The position numbers and the translations under genes were made by a program. DNA of 64,000 bases from Podarcis liolepis (lineage: Eukaryota): the NCBI GenBank assembly GCA_965112155.1, contig OZ218106.1; one strand, written 5' to 3'. This document shows positions 58,701 to 64,000 of the stretch, in pieces. How positions within the stretch are numbered: position 1 is the first letter of the stretch; each line of letters starts with the position of its first letter. A model generated the notes under the pieces. It searched no databases, was not told the origin of the DNA, and saw only the letters and a list, made by a program, of their open reading frames with translations.

Positions 58701-61700
58701 GTATGGTTTCAAATTGGATGAGAGACCACGTGTTGAGATTCCTGCATTGCAAGGGGTTGGCCTCAGTGTCCCTTCCAACTCTACAATTCTATGATTGCAA
58801 CCATGCGGCCCAATCCCAAGCATACTTTCTCATAAGTAAGTCACATTGGGTTCAAAGGGCTCAGTCTCAACAGAATATGGGCAGAATTGTAGGCTAGATC
58901 TGTAGAAGTGTCCTTGCTGGCTATGCAAGATGTTCTCCATCCAAAAGACACGTACATCTAAAGATGGAACCGACCCAAATGTGAAAGAAAGGATACTAAG
59001 CCAAACAAATGCTTCCATTAAGATTGCTTTTAGTGCTATAAGTGAGATATACATTTAGTATATTTTTTGCATCAGGAAGTATCTATTTAATTTGGTGAGC
59101 AATAATAATTAATCCATGTAAAACTAAACAATACATTAGCAATAGATTAGGCGTTGGGCTGGCAGGCATGTTATATTTTATGAGAAAACAGGATGCAAAG
59201 AGCCACCAAGGATGAACTTATGAAGCTGTATTGGAACATCAGACCTAAGGTTAATCTTAATATTTTCTTATAAGCCAGCAGTCTCTCTCCAGGGTGTCAG
59301 ACAGGAGTCTTCCCCATCCTTACGGGAAAAGCCAGGGGCTGCTACATGTAAACATGTGTTCTACCCATCAAGCTAGATGTTGTGTTTGGGACGGTTATCA
59401 AAAGGTGATGGAAAAGCACATTGGCGTGTGTGTTTATTTTCATCAAGTTATTATCTACAGCCTGAGCCATAACATGAGGTTCACATTGAAGGCCTGTCTC
59501 CACTTAATTTAAAAACCTGAGTAAGTTGGATAGCACCTTGCATTTAACACAGAATTGGCACCCCATCAGTCCAACCGCTATTATGTGAAGGTACTGGAAA
59601 TCAATGGCCCTTGCTTTTAAGTAAGACTATAGCCTAGCCTTAAATAGCTTAATCCATGCCAATGACATTAACCAACATTACCTCTGTTAAGTGGAGGTCG
59701 GTGCATCAACACAGAGATTTTTTATCCAGTGGCAACGAATGGAAAGACTTTTTTGTTCATCACAACCTTCTAGATCCCAGTCATTGTAGCTCAACAGCTC
59801 AACATACCTTTTCAAAACTTAAGTCCCGCCGAGTTACACAGAAACTTCTGTATAGTCTCGCGGTGTAAAATCAGCTGTGGACAAATCTGCTTGAAGGTAA
59901 CATTTCAAATTATTTTAACATTATTTTAAGCAGCACAGGCTTATGAAGCCATGCTAACCTTGTAAAAACAGGCAAGTCCTTCTATATTTTACTTGGCGTT
60001 CTCTCTCTACAACTGCTAGCCTTAACTTTCAATAGAAAAAACAGTGGTTTCCACATGAATTTCTTTTTCTCCTGCCTTTCTTTTATGGCTGAACGGAAAC
60101 AAGCTTCTTACTTACCATCCGCGGACAACTGAGCATGCCTGGCGTACGCTTTGTCTATTTCTAAAAACGCTTTCATCAATACCAACTCCATGTTCTGCTC
60201 CTCAGTGAGAAAGCCGCTGGAAAAAACAAGGGAGAGTCTTAAAATTCTCCCCAAGGAAGGAAGTGCAAAAGCTCCAATCCAAGAAACCCTCTAACATCAG
60301 CTACTGAGATACAAGTGGCGGTAGTTGCAAAAGCACCAATATCATCCCCCTGGCCTTCTCATGGGTAGGCAACTGGTGTCGTCATATACAGCTGGAGGGA
60401 ATCTTGTAGACCAGCCTTCACCAATCAGCTGCCCTTCAGACGTTTGGGACAGCTTCCTTCAGCAGAGCTGGAAGGCCTATGGGGCAGGTTCCAGGTTCAA
60501 TCCCTCCCAGGTAGGGCTGGGAGAGACAGGTATACCTGAAACCCTGGAAGGCCACTGCTAGCCAGTGGAATGATGTAGAGCTACACAGACCAATATATAA
60601 GGCAGCTTCCTCTGTTTATATGAGGACAGCAGATTGGTGAATGCTGTCATAGGCCATCTAGCCTATGACTTTGTTTGCTTTTATGTTGTGTGTATTTTTG
60701 TGTTTTTATGCTGTTGACTGCCCTGTGATCCTTGGATGAAGTATATGTTTATCATATATATAAATAAATAGCTCTCCTGTCCACTCACTGGAGGAAATCC
60801 GAGCTAGACCACCCCAGTAGTCCAGCCTTTGTCTGAAGATCTCCTACAAGGTTTTAACCCAGCGGTTCTCAACCTGTGGGTCCCCAGATGTTGTTGGACT
60901 ACAACTCCCATCATCCCTGAGCTCTGGCCTTGCTAGCTAGGGGTGATGGGAGTTGTAGTCCAACAACATCTGGGGACCATCAGGTTGAGAACCACTATTT
61001 TAACCTTTAAAGCCCTATACGGCCCAGGACCCTCGTACTTACGGGACTACCTTTCCTGGTATGCCCCACGGAGGACCTTATGGTCCTCAAATAATAATAT
61101 ATTGGCGGTGCCGGGCCTCAAGGAGGTTAAACTGGCCTCAACAAGGGCCAAGGCCTTTTCGGCTTTGGCCCCAGCCTGGTGGAACACTCTATTGCAGGAG
61201 ACCAGGGCCCCGTGGGACTTGACATGCTTCCGCAGGGCCTGCAAGACGGAGCTGTTCCGCCTGGCCTTCGGTCTGGGCCCAGTTTGACCCCCCCCCCCAT
61301 CTATGGGACCCTGTAAGTTACCTTTTATCGGCTCATGTGGGACCAACATGGATAGCTGGCCCTGATGAAGAAGAGAAGAAGAGTTTGGATTTGATATCCC
61401 GCTTTATCACTACCCGAAGGAGTCTCAAAGCGGCTAACATTCTCCTTTCCCTTCCTTCCCCACAACAAACACTCTTGAGGTGAGTGGGGCTGAGAGACTT
61501 CAGAGAAGTGTGACTAGCCCAACGTCACCCAGCAGCTGCATGTGGAGGAGCGGGGAAGCGAACCCGGTTCCCCAGATTACAAGACTACCGCTCTTAACCA
61601 CTGCACCACACTGGCTCCCTGATGAATACTTGAGGTTCCCGACCCCTATGGTTGTAATTCATTGGCAGTCATTTAATTTTATCCTGATTCTAATTTTTAT

Positions 61701-63234
61701 GCTGTATTTTAATCAATTGTTTGATTTTGTTTTAATGCATTTGATATTTGATATTAGGCACCCTGAGCCCGGTCTTCGCCGGGGAGGGCGGGGTATAATT
61801 ATTTTTTTTACTTACTTACTACAAGCACTCATACACCCTCAGACCCCAGATAACCGATCCCACCACTGAACTGCTCTGAACCACTGTTTGAAATTCCCCA
61901 GGCCACCTGGTGCCTTTTGCTACTGGTGCAGGTCCAACTACAACTACGTGGAGATCTCTCGGCACCAGGTTGGCGGCTGACATCTCCATCGAGCCAGCTG
62001 ACTCATGTGAATCATGGGCCCCTTTGCTGGGCATCTTAGTCCTCAATTATCCCATCAAGGAAAGTAAGTGCAGCGCTGGGTACAGGTATATTTGACTGTG
62101 CTGCAGCCATTCCACAAGCCACCCAAACAGAACTCAGACCAGAGTTTGAGAACCACTGCCTTAGTGCATAGTTAATTCCATTTCCACTGTGTGTGTTTAT
62201 CCTTCTTGCATAGTGGGACAAGTGAAGTGTTGTAAGAGCAGGCTACAGCCAAGCAATGTAGCTGAGATCATAGAATCAGATTTGGAAGGGACCCTGAACA
62301 TCATCTCAACCAACCTGCCGGGCGAAAACATCCTGTTGTGGAGACTATAACCATAGTTCATTAATTATTATTATTATTATAAATTGAATTTATATACCAC
62401 TCTATACCTGGGGGGTCTCAGGGCTGTTCACAGAATAAAATCAAGATATAAAACCACAAAATACATAATCAAAAGAAAAACAACCCAATAACACCCCCCC
62501 CCAAAAAGCCATATTTTAAAAGGGCATAGGATGTAAACCAGATCAACCAAAGGCCTGGTTAAAATGGAACATTTTTGCCTGGCGCCTAAAGGTGTATAAT
62601 GAAGGCGCCAGGCGAACTTCCCTGGGGAGAGCATTCCACAGATGGGGAGCCCCTGCAGAGAAGGCCCTGTTCTTGGTTTAAGGTGCCATTGGGTGCCCAG
62701 CTTATACACATCAAGAGGTGTCTCCTACTCAACTGTGCAATATCCTCCACCCCACTATAATTTTAAAAAAAACCCCAAGGAGAATTCATGTACTCACTGG
62801 ATGAATTCCTGCATGTGCTTATGGCAGAAGTCCGCTACCGCCACCCCGCCGTGCCCATCGTAAACGGCAAAATACAGGACCTCATCGGTCAGCTGGGCGT
62901 AATCAAAGCGGTCTTCGTTTTCCTTCCGCTTCCCAATGTGGCTGGCGCAGCCCACCTTGGACAGGCTGACCTTGGGGATGGGCTTCCCATATTTTATGCT
63001 TGGCGGGAGGAGGATGGGCTCATCAATGCGGTTGTCCCAGATCCCGAAGGAGTCCCACGTGGCTGGGCGGCCGCTGCCGTCCAAGTCAAAGCGAGATGTT
63101 CGGCGTACGCTGGTGGAGCTAGGGCAGATAGCCGCCGCCCGCTTGTCGTCCTGCAACAGGCGCGATGTCAGCAGCGCTCTCCTCCTCACCTGGTGGCCTC
63201 CGTTTCTCACCAGATTAATTAGAGCAGTGGACAT
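49654..63234 (-). CDS. PPM1K: PPM1K (PP2Cm, mitochondrial BCKDH phosphatase), complete spliced CDS of 6 exons, 371 aa
   Basis: Arg-rich mitochondrial-type N-terminus; PPM metal-binding motifs ENEDR, YDGHGG, VGDSRA, LTTDGI, GTEDN; C-terminus [13 protein letters not shown]; exons sum to 1116 nt. Confidence 0.97.
51353..51487 (-). CDS. PPM1K: PPM1K coding exon 5
   Basis: [45 protein letters not shown]; 135 nt. Confidence 0.96.
51792..52022. mobile_element. Tc1/mariner (Tigger-like) MITE
   Basis: TA-flanked cagtggtaccttgggtta / taacccgaggtaccacta. Confidence 0.85.
52627..52771 (-). CDS. PPM1K: PPM1K coding exon 4
   Basis: [48 protein letters not shown]; 145 nt; donor CAG|GTAAGA. Confidence 0.95.
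52988..53035. repeat. (TAT)n microsatellite, tail of an L2-like 3' end
   Basis: About 16 TAT/TAC units after gccgcccagagtggctgggg. Confidence 0.9.
53154..53319 (-). CDS. PPM1K: PPM1K coding exon 3
   Basis: [55 protein letters not shown]; 166 nt. Confidence 0.96.
53614..53961 (+). mobile_element. Sauria SINE, full length
   Basis: Family body; 14-bp TSD tacagagccttaaa. Confidence 0.93.
60116..60216 (-). CDS. PPM1K: PPM1K coding exon 2
   Basis: [33 protein letters not shown]; 101 nt; ttttccag| and |GTAAGT. Confidence 0.95.
60860..60997. mobile_element. Palindromic hAT (Charlie-like) MITE
   Basis: Near-identical to 19065; perfect 8-bp TSD ttttaacc. Confidence 0.9.
60998..61810 (+). mobile_element. 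L2-like LINE 3' portion, interrupted by a SINE
   Basis: [18 protein letters not shown]...[16 protein letters not shown]...[14 protein letters not shown]. Confidence 0.75.
61370..61618 (-). mobile_element. tRNA-derived core SINE (Squam3-type)
   Basis: gggagccagtgtggtgcagtggttaagagc head on the minus strand; (CTT)n tail; flanking ctgatgaa direct repeat. Confidence 0.8.
62362..62672 (-). mobile_element. L2-like LINE 3' end
   Basis: Reverse of agggccttctct...tgtggaatgctctcccca...tttaggcgccaggcaaaaa; (AAT)n tail. Confidence 0.65.
62798..63234 (-). CDS. PPM1K: PPM1K first coding exon (likely acceptor at 63318)
   Basis: [22 protein letters not shown]...[25 protein letters not shown]...[10 protein letters not shown]; donor CA|GTGAGT. 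Confidence 0.97.
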
Positions 63235-63809
63235 AACTTGGGATCCGCAGGTGTTGGGGCGGAGAAGAGAACAGTGGGAAGCGGGTCTCAGAATATCCCC
63301 AAAATAAAGAGATCTGGTCTAGGGAGGGGAAACAAAAAAGAAAGTTTGCGTTGTTGTTTTCTACGGAGTTAGGACATATTAGCAGCTGGGGGAAAGTGCA
63401 TTGCCTGGGGGTCAATAGTCCGATCCCAATCTCAACACACAGCCCCCTATCTAACTTGAAACAGCACTGGACTCTACTTAGCTTTGCAAATGTGCTAGGA
63501 GTTTTCTTGCTAGACCAGGTCGGTCCCGTGACTCAGGAACCCAGTTTTAGGACTCCTGCGTGCCAGACATGTCTTTCCATTCTTTTCAATCAAAGCTGAA
63601 TAAAAGGAAAGGGAACTCATTTCCGTGTACCCTATCAAATGTCAACTCCCAACTGATGAAATGCATGTTTGCTCTTGTGAGTTTTGATAGTCAAATGCAC
63701 AACAGGCATGAGCCAGTCACAGCTGAGCACTTTTCATTCTCATTGATGTTTAACTTGCATTCACCAAAAAGAAATCAGACTGCAAATGCCCAGAATTTGC
63801 GCTAAATTT

Positions 63810-64000
63810 GCAGCGTACAGCTTCCGGATCATGTGGCCAGCATGACTAAGCCGCTTCTGGCGAACCAGAGCAGCACACGGAAACGCCATTTACCTTCCCA
63901 CCAGAGCGGTACCTATTTATCTACTTGCACTTTGATGTGCTTTCGAACTGCTAGGTTGGCAGGAGCAGGGACTGAGCAATGGGAGCTCACCCCGTGTTGG
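63810..64000 (-). mobile_element. Sauria SINE, partial (runs off the window)
   Basis: Matches 7755-7940 in the same orientation. Confidence 0.9.

Noticed and set aside
62788-63307. Plus-strand ORFs of 144 and 123 aa, and the local CpG enrichment as a promoter
   Set aside because: Antisense shadows of the GC-rich first coding exon of PPM1K; that exon has an acceptor near 63318, so the true promoter probably lies beyond the window.
1-64000. CRISPR arrays, rRNA genes or prokaryotic-type operons
   Set aside because: Intron-rich vertebrate DNA; recurring sequences are dispersed transposons and microsatellites, with no regularly spaced repeat-spacer structure.

Overview
Eukaryotic genomic DNA from a squamate reptile, probably a lacertid lizard (Sauria SINEs, BovB, reptile CR1 and tRNA-Lys/CR1-tail SINEs). 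The window holds the conserved vertebrate PPM1K-ABCG2 gene pair, both on the minus strand. PPM1K has 6 coding exons (63234 to 49654, 371 aa). A complete ABCG2 has 15 coding exons (30073 to 7375, about 652 aa). All of these exons have GT-AG junctions, and most match the human exon lengths as I recall them. Directly downstream is the 5' end of a second, divergent ABCG2-like gene (exon 277-493) that runs off the left edge. That paralog lacks the usual exon-2 ATG, but a CpG-island exon at 3648-3687 supplies an in-frame ATG and a new Arg-rich N-terminus. The main ABCG2 also has a candidate extra 42-nt in-frame linker exon and an enlarged extracellular loop 3 with three N-glycosylation sequons. Introns and intergenic DNA are dense in transposons, several of them nested. 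Examples are a BovB fragment inside a solo LTR, a CpG-rich hAT element carrying a CRE site, and a Penelope-like insertion with 58-bp inverted arms around a decayed hammerhead-ribozyme core. Almost all other ORFs in the six-frame track are spurious. I see no wholly new multi-gene system; the best novelty candidate is the duplicated ABCG2 with its re-wired N-terminus. Comparisons with human proteins and repeat-family names are from memory, not from searches.
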